Source of the DNA: Haliotis rufescens
Taxonomy: Eukaryota
Direction: 5' to 3'
DNA length: 64,000 nucleotides
NCBI RefSeq assembly: GCF_023055435.1
Contig: NW_025963902.1
Location: forward strand, 12,338,001-12,402,000
A program made the translations under genes and the position numbers. Shown here in pieces: positions 52,151 to 64,000 of the stretch. The notes under the pieces are model-generated. The model was not told the origin of the DNA. It worked only from the letters and a program-made list of their open reading frames with translations, and ran no database searches. The first letter of the stretch is position 1. Every line of letters begins with the position of its first letter.

Positions 52151-53638
52151 AACTAACGGGCAAAAGAAACGCCACTAAACAATTGTCTGGTCTTAAACAA
52201 AACAGACGCAAAATTTAGTAACAGTTGATGTTTTATTATAAAAACAACAATTATTCAAAAACGGTATTTGAAAATGACAAGATAAAAAACCATGTACTTA
52301 AAGTTCTGCAGACACGTTCATCATGCTGAGTACACTTCCCAGTATTCAATCACACCAGCAAAATCGACGTCGATCTCTTTTAAAGTCCCGTGCTTCACAC
52401 ATGGCTCAGTATCGGATGTGACCCCCTCCAGAAACGATGCAGGCTCTAACACGACGTCGAACAGAGTACACGAGTCTCCTGACATCCAGATTAGGGATCA
52501 TAGGCCGTTCGTCCTGCAGGGCAATTGCCAAGGCATCCCTCGTCAATGGCGGCTGTTGACGTTTCCGAATCCTGCGTCCGAGTTGGTCCAGAGGTGCTTT
52601 ATGAGCGACACGTCCGGTGATCTGGCTGGCCACTGTAATACTGTCACGTTGTTGGCGTTCAGAAAGTCGCTAGTGACTCTGGCTGTGTGAGGGGTGGCGT
52701 TGTTTTGCTGAAACAGCGTTCGTGGGTGTTGTTGCAGGAAAGGCAGTACCACAGGCCGCAATACCTCATCAATGTAACGACGTGCAGTTTTCCGTCGATG
52801 ATGACCAGATCTGTCTTCTGGTCCCCGCAGATGCCACCCAAACCGTGACACTTCTTCCTCCATAAGGCCCCACTTCTTGGACGCAACAACGTGCCGTCCG
52901 TTCACCAAGTCGTCGGTAGATTCGAACCCGCCCATGAGACTTGAAGAGCTGGCACCTACTCTCATCGCTGGATAGCACTCTTCCCCAATTTCTCTGCTGC
53001 CACTGCTGTACAGTCCTGGTCCACCTCAGTCTGTGACGTCGGTGTAGAAACGTTAACGTCATGCCCTTGAAAGGTCGATAGACCATACAGGCGGAGTCGT
53101 CTAGCGACGGTCCTTTTGCCGACTGGATGTCAACGGCTGTTTGCGGATGAAGACGTCACAGTTAGAAATCTGGACCTTAGGTGAAGCACCCGTAAATACC
53201 GGTCTTCCTGCGGGGTCGTGACCTTAGGTCTTCCACTCCTCGGTTTGTCTGCAGTACTGCCAGTTTGCCTGTGACGTGTGACAAGTGCGATGGTGCACTT
53301 GAAGCAGCCCATGATCCTGGCAAGGTGCTCCTGCGTCGCCTCCATTTGCAACATACCGATGGCCCTCTCGGCTCTCCAAACGGTTTCATGTGATGAGAGA
53401 GTACAATCCTGCTCATGTTTTATAAAAGAATCTCATACGGATAACTTTGTGCACATTTTGCATTATTTAGTGAATAAATTCACTTTTCTCGCAAGTCACG
53501 TGAAGCAAATGCACATGTTCACAGGGAATAGATAAGTTGCATTCCAGCTCCTTCCCAACTGTTTTCCTGCTGTTTGGCAAATTTGTTGAAAACTGACGAC
53601 CATTATTTATTTGGTGGCGTTTCTTTTGCCCGCTAGTT
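52151..53638 (-). mobile_element. Tc1-family DNA transposon, about 1.49 kb
   Basis: TIR AACTA(A/G)CGGGCAAAAGAAACGCCAC at both ends; TA on the left, AA on the right. Confidence 0.93.
52350..53400 (-). pseudogene. frameshifted Tc1 DD34E transposase
   Basis: KPRSGRPKVTTPQEDRY, WGRVLSSDESR, FQQNNATPHTA and WPARSPDVSLIKHLW spread over several frames; second D and the E are substituted. Confidence 0.92.
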
Positions 53639-54014
53639 AAGTAATGGAGAATCTACTCAAAACAAGACTCATCGGGGATTTCATCCCTCGGAATTATCCA
53701 TTTAAAAACTCATTCTAAAGTACTCGTCATGTCAATGATTCAGTTACATTAAACGTGAATAGACATTGTTATATGGCAGTGTAATTTATTGTTAAACAAT
53801 GATTGTAACGGTATCACATTGGACAATGATTAGTTGTCAGGAAAGTAGTACTATTTAATATAAGCTGTTGTGAGGAAGTTATTTTATTTAGATGCTCGTA
53901 TTATCTGTAAACGTCCGGAATAGCATGGATGGATGTCAAGCGTTATAGAAACATGTGGAATATTTTGTGATGTTTAAGTAACACTGTGCTCGTCTGACAC
54001 TGTGTAGAAAGATT

Positions 54015-54200
54015 TTTGTTTGTTTGTTTTTGTTGTTTAACGCCGTACCCAGCAGTATTCCAGCTATATGACAGCGGTCTGTAAATGATCGAGTCTGGAC
54101 CAGACAACCCAGTGATTAATATCATGCGCATCGATCTACGCAATTGGGATACGATTACATGTATCAACAAAGTCAGCGAGCCGGAGCATCCGATCAGTGG
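54015..54200 (-). mobile_element. SINE family C, 5' degraded
   Basis: Body and (AAAC)n tail match. Confidence 0.88.
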
Positions 54201-55994
54201 AAGCTGCTGAGGCTATATTAGTGAAGCGGGCGCGTCCCTGTCTCATCTTACATTTCATCTCACATTGCATCAAGACCAGTTTTTATGTGAAGATCACTTC
54301 ACTCAGTATTCCCAGCCTAGGCCTATCTCGGAAGATTGACTACTGTGACGGAATATTATTATCACAGAACTTTTTTGATATCCCCACACCCATCATACCT
54401 TGAATTTGATACTGCCACTGAATATTGTACTATCACTATATTGTGTACTGGCATTGTAATTGCTGTGCAATAATTTGTATTGAGACTAATTTGCAGTGCT
54501 TGTTTCGAAACCTAATTAATAACGGTTTGATTGTATACTATTTGTTGGTTGGTTGTTGGTTTCACACCTATTTTACGCACATAATTCTGGGCTAACTATT
54601 GCTTTCAATTTGGAAAGCGACACGTAACAACACTTTGTTGTGAATACCATTTAAATTTGCAGCTATATACATATTTACTAAACTTTGTACAAGATAACCA
54701 TTACACATGTGTTTGTTCAGAACGTGTATTTGTCAAACTCATGATTTTACATATGTCTATAAATACAACCCAAACATGTCTATTGCTTATTCATATTTAC
54801 CAAAAAATACACCATACATGCACATATTAATGACTAAAAACATAAAACAGGGTTTATGGTATGACAATTTTAACCATGGATTAGGAATGATTACATTGAG
54901 GAGTAGATATATGTGCAATTTATTTAAATGTTGCCAGTTAATACAAACAAATGTTCAAATAAACATATGAGAAAAGTTCTGTCTTCATCTTGAATATGAC
55001 GGGCATCTTTGAAATGAGATTAGATCAATATCAACAAATACCTACTGTGTAGAGCGAACATCTAACACCAGGCCAAGCTATGCTCCAACAAAATTCAAAA
55101 TTTAGCCAGTTTCGTCTCGAAACGGCTGGACTCATCAATATGGTGTCATGAGGGTCGAGGATAGACCACAATACTCATCAGTCTCCAGGCCACTATATTG
55201 GCTCCATGTTGGCAAACATCACTACAAGTTTGTCCACTTATGAAGGATCGTGAAAAAGGAAACTGACCCATAAATCCTCTATCTGAAAGAGTCTGTTGCT
55301 AATTAAACATTGCTCATAATTTTAATTACGTTAAAAGGTATATTCTAGTGAAATATGAAGCGTATTAAGGAATGGTGTCAGGGCTGTATGGTGATGCTTA
55401 ACAACGTTGTGTTCCTCAATCATCATCTCGATGAAGTGCAAGGTCGATATCTGCGTTAATATGACATGTTGAGGTAACTATACACATATTGAAGTCATTG
55501 GAGACATTTTAAATGCACGAACTGTGTATATCATGTGAATGCAAACAGATTGAAGTGAATCATGAATCTGAACTCACAGAATCAAGTCGGGGCCCTTTCA
55601 GAGGAAGTGAACTGATCAGAAAAGTCTGAATCAGATGGCCATAAACGCACAACATTACGAAGTAACATCTGATCCTTTAATTGGGCTTAGCCATTCATGA
55701 CAGGGCGTTACATGCCGATTTGAATTTAATCCATCAAGACTGAATGCAGAGCTACTGAGTGGAACTTGAGCTGCCACTGTGCCATTGAGCACGTGTGTAT
55801 TAGTTTATTATGGAGTGACAATATAGGTTTGGCTGGGACGGGAATTCAAGTTGTAACGATTCTGTATGAGGACATAGGTCTATATCGCTCACCAAAGGGA
55901 TGCTCAGAATAAGGGAATGCTGCTTTACGCCACGTCCATTAATGTTCAAGCTATGACACAGTCGTCTGTAAATATTCGAGCCGTTTTTAATCCC

Positions 55995-56985
55995 CTGATC
56001 CTAAAGAGGTGCCAAGCATGGAGTACATCTGACCTATTCTGTTCTGAAATCCCCAAGAGGTGACAACCATGGTGTACTGCTGACCTATTCTGTTCTGATA
56101 TCCCAAGAGGTGACAACCATGGTGTACTGCTGACCTATTCTGTTCTGATATCCCAAGAGGTGACAACCATGGTGTACTGCTGACCTATTCTGTTCTGATA
56201 TCCCAAGAGGTGACAACCATGGTGTACTGCTGACCTATTCTGTTCTGATATCCCAAGGGGTGACAGCCATGTGGTACTGCTGACCTATTTTGTCCTGAAA
56301 TCCCAAAGAGGCGAGAACCATGTGGTATTGCTGATCTGTGTTGTCCTGAAATCCCCAAGAGGCGACAAAATGGTGTATTTATGACCTATTCTGTTCTGAT
56401 ATCCCAAGAGGTGACAACCATGGCGTACTGCTGACCAATTTTTTACTGGCATCCCAAAGGGGTGACAAGCATAGGGTACATCTGACCTATTCTGTTCTGA
56501 AATCCCCAAGGGGTGACAACCATGGGGTACTGCTGACCTATTCTGTCTTGAAATCGCCAAGAGGCGACAACCATGGTGTACTTCTGACCTATTCTGTTCT
56601 GATATCCCAAGAGGTGACAACCATGGCGTTCTGCTGACCAATTTAGTACTGGCATCCTCAAGGGGTGACAAGCATAGGGTACATCTTACCTATTCTGTTC
56701 TGAAATCCCCAAGGGGTGACAACCATGGGGTACTGCTGACCTATTCTGTCTTGAAATCGCCAAGAGGTGACAACCATTGTGTACTTCTGACCTATTCTGT
56801 TCTGATATCCCAAGAGGTGACAAGCATGGGGTACAAATGACCTGTTTTGTAATAGAACCCCCTCGAGGTGATAAGCATGAGGTACCACTGAAGTATTCTG
56901 TCCCGGAATCCCAAAGAGGTCAAGCACTGGGTACTGTAGATCTCTTCTGTTCCTGGAATCCCAAGGAGGCGACACATTCTGTGCT
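55995..56985. repeat. 50-bp minisatellite, about 19-20 units
   Basis: TCCCAAGAGGTGACAACCATGGTGTACTGCTGACCTATTCTGTTCTGATA, period 50 (56101 to 56151). Confidence 0.97.
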
Positions 56986-58099
56986 TGCGACCTGCCTCAC
57001 ATGACACGTTGTTACGTTCACACAAAAGTAGTTATGAGAAACAGTTATGTTAACTTAAAAGGATGAGAATGTAGCGATGTTTGTCGATCGTGTTGGTCTG
57101 TGTATAGAGGATGTGCCAACAGACAGCGATTATGGCGTTATTTCAATGTTTGCTCATGAGGCTTAAATATTGCTTTTAAAATGAAACCTTAACCATTAAA
57201 CCTTTTTTTGTTGGACAACACCAGCGTATCGACATATGATACGAAGTCATTTCTGACATTTTGTGTGGTTTTCATTTACGCTCTCGTTGCCAGGGAACAA
57301 CACGAGACAATCTCGTATTTTAGAGCAAGCAACATTATATAAATACATAGATATGTAATTAACCTTTACCATAGGCAATTCGGAGATGGATGTAAAGAGC
57401 AACGAATACAAAAAAGATAAAGCTGTTCCCCACAGCCAGGTTGACTGACTGAAACATGACCGTTTAAACAACAATAAATGTTATATGTATGGTGGTCTTA
57501 AGAAAGATTGATGTTGTGGTATTTTGACAAAGGATAACTATACTTAGCAACTTAATTATCTACGTCCACAAGAGATATCTTGCAAAAATGTATACGGCAA
57601 AAAAACCCACCTCCATTGAAGACAAAACGAAAGAACCTTAAATCAATACTAACTCAAAATTCGTGCATAGCAAAATTTGAGCTTAGAAAACTTTCGTGGT
57701 CGCAGTTGGCCAAAGTCTTCGACTCTCCCCACACTGAGGTGTAAGACATAGTGACTTGCAGCGACATTCACCAATCCAGCCTGTTGTGTTGGTAGCTGAT
57801 AGCGAGAGTGTAAATTCACACCTTCTGGTGTAAATTATTCAAGTCTTCAAATAACTAATTTCGGCCTGGTTGGCAGATTCCTGGATTCCTAGAGGTTATT
57901 CAAAGTGGATACAATGACATATTATTACAGTATTCTTGTAAAAACATGCAGTGAAATACTATTTACTGTTGCCATATTATTTAAATTAACATATTACGAT
58001 TTTAACTGATTAGTGTAAAAATATTAGTATATGCCCGACATTCATTAAATCGCACAACATTGAACGCGCCCCTCATAAAAATATCAACTTTTTCCAGTT

Positions 58100-58283
58100 A
58101 GTGTTCTTTAGCGCCGTACTTAGCAATATTCCTGCTATATGACAGCGGTCTGTAAATAATCGAGTCTGGATCAGACAATCCAGTAAATGACATCGTGAAC
58201 ATTGATCTACGCATTTGGGATACAATGACCGACAGTGGACATGGCCACCCGTTCACGTAAGTCGCCTTTTACAACACGCACTG
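58100..58283 (-). mobile_element. SINE family C with deletions
   Basis: Reverse strand starts CCCGTGAAGATTCAGCAACC; tail present. Confidence 0.85.
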
Positions 58284-59140
58284 GTTGCTGAATCTTCACG
58301 GGGCCTTTATCAATTGACAAAAGAGACAAAACATTTTCCATATAAAGCATGGCGGGACAACTTCGGATTGGCCAGGAGTCCGAACTTGACCACACAGAAG
58401 GAAGCGAGCTACAAAAACATGTTTTATATCATTGGAAAGATCTCGCGGAGACGAATCAAAACAATGTGTGTCCCAGTGTGTTCACATGTTCATAAGCTCA
58501 ACAATTGGCTAAGAAAATGCATTACTGCAGAAATTTCTGGCAGAATTGTTTTTCTACAGAAATTTCTGGCAGAATTTATTTATTCCTGTAGTAATATTTA
58601 GCAGAATTATTTTAATTCAGGAGAAATAAGGTTCAATCATTGGATGGTTTAATCAGGTGTTGCTTTAAATGACCTTTTCCCCCAAAACAAACATTTTTAG
58701 TTCACATGATTACAAGCAAAGAAAATAAAAATGTTTTTTCACATGCTATATTACAAGACATTTCCTTGGGCGACTTTGAACTATGACTCATGAATTAGTC
58801 ATATTTTCGTGGGTGAGGCGATGTTTTCAGGGATGGGTCCTGTCGCAGAAGAAAATAGATGTATAGATGAGTGGATCCATATTGTCTAATATAGCATCAG
58901 ATAAAATTCAGCCTATACGCAGCTAGAGTTTACAATAGAGCCTATGGCATAAAATGTATTATGAATGTAAATAGTCTGCTTTACTTACGTTTTCTTCTCA
59001 ACATACTTGAAATGAATTTCTTTTTTTTTGTCTGGTCATTGAAAGCGATGTGCACGTATTCTGAAAAGATATGAAAAAATCATTAAAATGCTTTTCATTT
59101 CAGTAATAAACACATTTCACAAGCTTTAGACACAATGTAA

Positions 59141-59200
59141 CATAGGTGAGGTAAGTTTAAATTGGGTTTAAAGTCGCGTCCAAGATTATTGCACGTATAT

Positions 59201-59272
<72 letters not shown>

Positions 59273-59480
59273 TGCTTGTACTAGTCCGGACTGATGCCGA
59301 TTTATAGTGCTAGCCCACTAAAATACCATGCCGCAGTTTAACATGAATACCCCACTCAGACACAGTATACTGACTCCAAGCTGACCAGTCCTTGTTTTAG
59401 CCCCTTAATGCCGAGCGCCAGACAGGGTAACAACAAGTACCATCTTTTAACGTCTTTTGGTATGAAGAGGCCTAGGATCG
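59141..59480 (-). mobile_element. SINE family B, 5' truncated, with expanded (GT)n at 59204-59271
   Basis: TSD ACAATGTAA at 59132-59140 and 59481-59489. Confidence 0.93.
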
Positions 59481-61234
59481 ACAATGTAAGACTTAAGACT
59501 TGAATTTGAATCATAGCATATTTAAAGTTCATGGTCACATAGCATACATACAATTCAAGGGTTATAAGCTATTTAAATATTCTTAGAATTACCTCCATCA
59601 ATGCGCTCCACATGACCATGGTACCTATCTGCTCTGTGCACCAGCCATGGGGCCTCTACTTCGTCACCTTTGTTTAACTAAATCAGATATACAACATGTA
59701 TATTAATTCCAGTAACCTGTATATTAATTCTTGTAACATGAATATCAATTCTTGAAGGCTTAAAAAAGTCACAGTGAAAAGTTTTAGACAATACAAATAT
59801 GTAAATAGTGATCAGCTCCGAAGATAAATGAGATGTAAAAATTCAGATTAAAAGCTATGAGAAATTATTGATGGTAAGTAAGAAGATCATTAATCATGTT
59901 GTAATCTGTGTGAAAACTATTATAACTGATTATGTTGATGCTCTATCTTTGTCTTCTGCTTACCTCTAACCTAATCTTGTTTGTTGATAGCCACTCGTCT
60001 ACGTTGTAGCCAGTCCAATGTATGTTCACTTTCTCCTTTTGGACCGATAATATTTTGGCTTTATACCTGTATTTGTTTCATATCAAAGATAAAAAATAAA
60101 TCATGATTAAGGCAGAAAATGAAGGATAACATGAATTTCTATTTTCAGTTTTGCAAATAACTTTTGCTCCACTGATATTTTCCCTGAATCTATTAAGTAC
60201 TTGACACTTCTTGTCAGTAACCGTAACCATGAACTGGACTCAAAAGAGAACATCAAATTATAAGAATTGTACTACTCAGATGCTACTAACATGTGTTAAT
60301 CTGCATGTCATTACATAAAATGTCAGCTTAAAACCCAGAGGTTTCAAAAGATATGAAAACTGGAGTTACTTGTCATAGGTTGTAGCTCGGTAACAGATGG
60401 GAATCATCAGACAGAAAAGACATTATGTTATTCAGTATAAACTGCGGAAATGGTTCAATAATGAACACAAATGTCATTTTCGCTTCTGCCACAATGAATC
60501 AGATTTAATGCCTAGTATGAAAAAGGGGTGGGACAGAAAATTGATTTTCAGTCAGGAAAGTTAAAACAATTAATTTATATGAAATACTATATATTGATAC
60601 ATAAGGAAGATCATGATCAGTCAGTATCTTAGCAAATCGTTGCAATCTGAAGAAAAATACTTGTGTGAAACCTGATGAAAACAATTCAATATATGAAATT
60701 TCCTTCAACAATGCAAATAGTAATTACATACCAAAAGCCATCCTCCTCCAATGCCTCCACAACCATGCCAACATTGAATTTGCAGGGGGACATCTATGGA
60801 CAAAATCAGTGTTATGTTTGTTTATATTAAAGCATGGTACAAAGTGGACAAAGAGGATATTTTCAACTCAGTAATTTCTTTATATTCTATTTTGAAGTTT
60901 TCAATTTATATTTTAACAATTTAAAGCAAGGGCATATCAGATTGTTTGAACTGGATACTGATAATTGTATTAACACAGTGCCTGTGCCTTTGCCTGTGTT
61001 ATTTTCTAATTTTTCACAATACTGATCTTACTATAGGAAATGTGGTGATTATCATATTGATAAGGCAGTGAATCATCGTCAATAGCTCTCATCTGAATGA
61101 AACCCATGTGGATAGTAGTGTTGCGAAGGTTCATAATCAGGGTGAGTCATCAAGTTCAGTTATAGACATGCACATAAGAAATCTCTGCCAAACATAGAGT
61201 CGAGTCTACGATTCTGACTCTGTCATGGGTATGT

Positions 61235-62200
61235 GTTCATGAATCACTTTCAAATAGTGATGATACGAGGTGTACGCGAAAAGGTGAGCGTGTTCTGCCC
61301 CACCAGTAGTACCCGTCACACACGCATGCAAAGGCATGTGGTTCACTAGTAAAAGAGTGAGTAAGTGAGTGTGTTGGGTTTAACGCCGCTTTTAACAGTA
61401 TTCTAGTTATATCACGGCGTGTCAGCTTAATGTGGGAGGAAAGCCGAAGTGATGTAGGTCTCAGACGTTTACCACTGCGGTGAAACCTGCGAGCACCGGT
61501 GTGGTGCTGACAAACCTAGAAACATAATCGGGGCGAACCGGGATTCGAACCCATAATCATAGGTTTCTGGCGTGCCCAAGGGACGCAACTCTGCACGGCG
61601 AATCGCGGCGCCTTAGACGACTGGGCCACCCGTGCCCCCACACTAGTAAAAGAACAGGGACATATGATACAAGTCAAAATAGGAAATTGCATCGGACATA
61701 ATTTGTTGTAATTGCTGCATCAAATTTGGAAATGTCATCTTCATGTCTACCATAAAACTTGTTGAAAACTTTACTGAGACATTGGATGTTGTAACCTTGA
61801 TCAAACAAGTTCTGAGCAACAGTTGTATGACTCTTGTAAGAGAGTGCATGCTTAATTGTACCTCAAAAGTTGTGCGATGTAGACACCAAGTTCTGGAGCT
61901 GCAGGAATATTTCTCGACATAAACGGAAAGTTGATTTTAGGAAAGTTGAAGTCATCCCTCTTGCCTTACATTCTTCTGGAGGGAGTTTGGTCCCTCCGAA
62001 TCTTTATGTACATATCTAAATATGAAACAGATGAAGCAGTTTCAATGGAAGGAAATTTGCTATATTTGCATACGTGATGATATACCTGAAGCTTAAGTTA
62101 AACCTCTGGGCCAAATTATTTTGTTTTGAATTTGCCATTCCGCGCAGAAATTCTGATTCATATGCATAAAGAAGCAGATCTGCAAGAAGGGGGCGCAATG
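61235..62200 (-). mobile_element. Penelope-like (Naiad-type) RT remnant with 3' motif
   Basis: PLLADLLLYAYESEF, FNLSFRYI, SVSYLD, KRDDFNFPKINFPFMSRNIPAAP, GVYIAQLLRY and KFYGRH, with stops and frameshifts. Confidence 0.88.
61357..61640 (-). mobile_element. SINE family A, full length, nested in the Penelope-like remnant
   Basis: Perfect TSD CACTAGTAAAAGA at 61344-61356 and 61641-61653. Confidence 0.96.
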
Positions 62201-62399
62201 AGTAAAATCATTCGATGAGATTAGCATGTTATCTGAAAATAAAATGAAACAATCCTCCATATATCACAAATGAAGACCACCAGGTCCTATAACTCTATCA
62301 TTATTATAACACCCACATGGGAATATTCTCATAGATGATAAACTAAACCTGTAATAATACAAACTGCTCTTTCCATTCAGGGTTGCTAAATTTAGTTTG

Positions 62400-62880
62400 C
62401 GATGTCCGATGCAGTTTGTAGTTTGCATTGTGCCATAACTTCCTATGAAGTTTAGCCGAAGAATAGACGTGCCTTGTCCTGTCCGATGCAACTTCCCAGT
62501 ACGATTTTCCCCATTTGTTCCCATGTTGTTTAGCCGAAGAATGGACCTGCCTTGTCCTGTCCGATGCAACTTCCCAGTACGACTTTCCCCATTTGTTCCC
62601 ATGTTGTTTAGCCGAAGTATGGACCTGCCTGGTCCTGTCCGATGCAACTTCCCAGTTTGATTTTTGCCATTTGTTCCCATGTTGTTTAGCCGAAGAATAG
62701 ACCTGCCTTGTCCTGCCCGATGCAACTTCCCTGTTTGATTTTTGCCATTTGTTCCCATGTTGTTTGGTCGAAGAAGGAACCTGCCTTGTCCTGTCCAATG
62801 CAACTTCCCAGTTCAATTTTTGCCATGTGTTCCCATGCTGTTTAGTTGAAGAAAGGACTTGTCCGATGCAATTTCGCAGA
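62400..62880 (+). repeat. 78-bp minisatellite, about 6 units, derived from the Penelope-like 3' region
   Basis: Period 78 (62451 to 62529); monomer aligns to the reverse complement of 11690-11760; followed by GACGGGTGCCACC near 62910. Confidence 0.9.
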
Positions 62881-64000
62881 GGAATGGTCTTGTCTTGTTC
62901 TCTGTTTACGACGGGTGCCACCGCTGGGGCATCAACTACATCTCTTATAGTCATACAGGTCAATGAGATGTTGCTGTGTCTGTTGCGCATGACACAAGTT
63001 TCGTACGTATCACTCATTTTTATTATTTGTACGTGCGGATAAACACTAGTTGTAAATAAAAATTTAATAAGAGATTACACAACAAAAAAAGACGAAACTA
63101 TTTCCATTGTTTTCCTATTTATAATCATAGGAAATCTTTGCTACAAGCAGAGTCCGTTGTACGATTCCAGTAACTGTTATTTTTTAAAACATTTGTTTAC
63201 CAGAGGTCCATCAACACCACTCGTCAGCAATTGTAGTTTGAGCATGATGAGCAAGGTATTCATGTGTAAGAGAATACTTCGTGACTTTATCTACGATGAT
63301 GTGAGTCTTGCGTTCCCAACGCCGTAGCAGTCAAGTGCATGAGATGAACTGCTCCTGTGCCCAGAGCTACGATAAAGTCTGCACTTACTTACATCGACAC
63401 GAAACAAGCGACCAGGTGTGGTGAACTAAAATCGGAACTCGATTAGTGACGACTAGATCGATAACTGATCTTTATTAAAACATCTCAAGTTCACTTGGTG
63501 GCGTCTTTAGGTCGCGAATGACTTACAGACAATCACACAATGGAGCGACTGTGTACGTGACAGTACGAGATGGAAAGGGATAATGCGATGGGAAGCGAGA
63601 CTTCAGTGACATATTCACGGCTGTTTTAATTAACGTGTCCCATTTCAGATACTGAAGCATTTCGAACATAGACACACTGCTGGAGCGTTGATTGTGTAAT
63701 TACCTTTGAGTTAGTGTGTTACATTTTACATTGCATCGGCAATATTTCAGCCAAATCGCAATGTAATAATATCTGATGTACATGTTCAGTGCTCAGCTTG
63801 CATATTCGTATGAGTAAACTGAGATCAATAGTAAGAAAAACTTGAACGTTCATTAGAGTACTTGTTACTTGCAACCGATGCTGGTCCATAGTCAACGGTT
63901 TATAGTCCGCCGACATATAGTTGGCATATTGCGGAGTTTCCAATGTTTCCAATGCAGAGCTAGGTTACCTCTATATTTAACCGCGCAAAGATGAATTTGG

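Noticed and set aside
56285-57025. Several ORFs of 70-130 aa
   Set aside because: Period-50 satellite cycling through frames.
62264-63017. 179-aa and 224-aa repeat ORFs
   Set aside because: Produced by the 78-bp satellite, which traces to retroelement 3' sequence.

Overview
This is repeat-rich, AT-rich eukaryotic DNA with a 580-N assembly gap (2175-2754). The SINE repertoire (V-domain-like and Meta-domain-like elements with shared tails) suggests a mollusc, probably a gastropod such as abalone; this is inference, not a database result. I find no confidently complete protein-coding gene, tRNA, rRNA or CRISPR array. The window looks mostly intronic or intergenic. It holds about 35 copies or fragments of four SINE families (my labels A, B, C, E), many with target-site duplications (TSDs). 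It also holds five decayed Penelope-like (Naiad-type RT) remnants, a TIR-bounded frameshifted Tc1 element plus older Tc1 debris, an R4/Dong-clade LINE 3' end, several MITE/foldback elements and four minisatellites (41, 30, 50 and 78 bp). The only long ORF (575 aa, Thr/Ala-rich, NxT in almost every unit) is the 30-bp array. A few candidate small exons lie on both strands. Best leads: (1) SINE family C has a TSD-defined 5' end on a conserved pseudoknotted RNA module upstream of a tRNA-like segment, a candidate uncharacterised self-processing RNA. (2) A conserved structured 3' element of the Penelope-like family, whose upstream segment has been amplified into the 78-bp satellite. (3) A duplication that preserves the unexpanded ancestor of the mucin-like array. 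(4) A minimal hammerhead remnant beside a long palindrome. All calls were made by eye; ends without TSDs are approximate.
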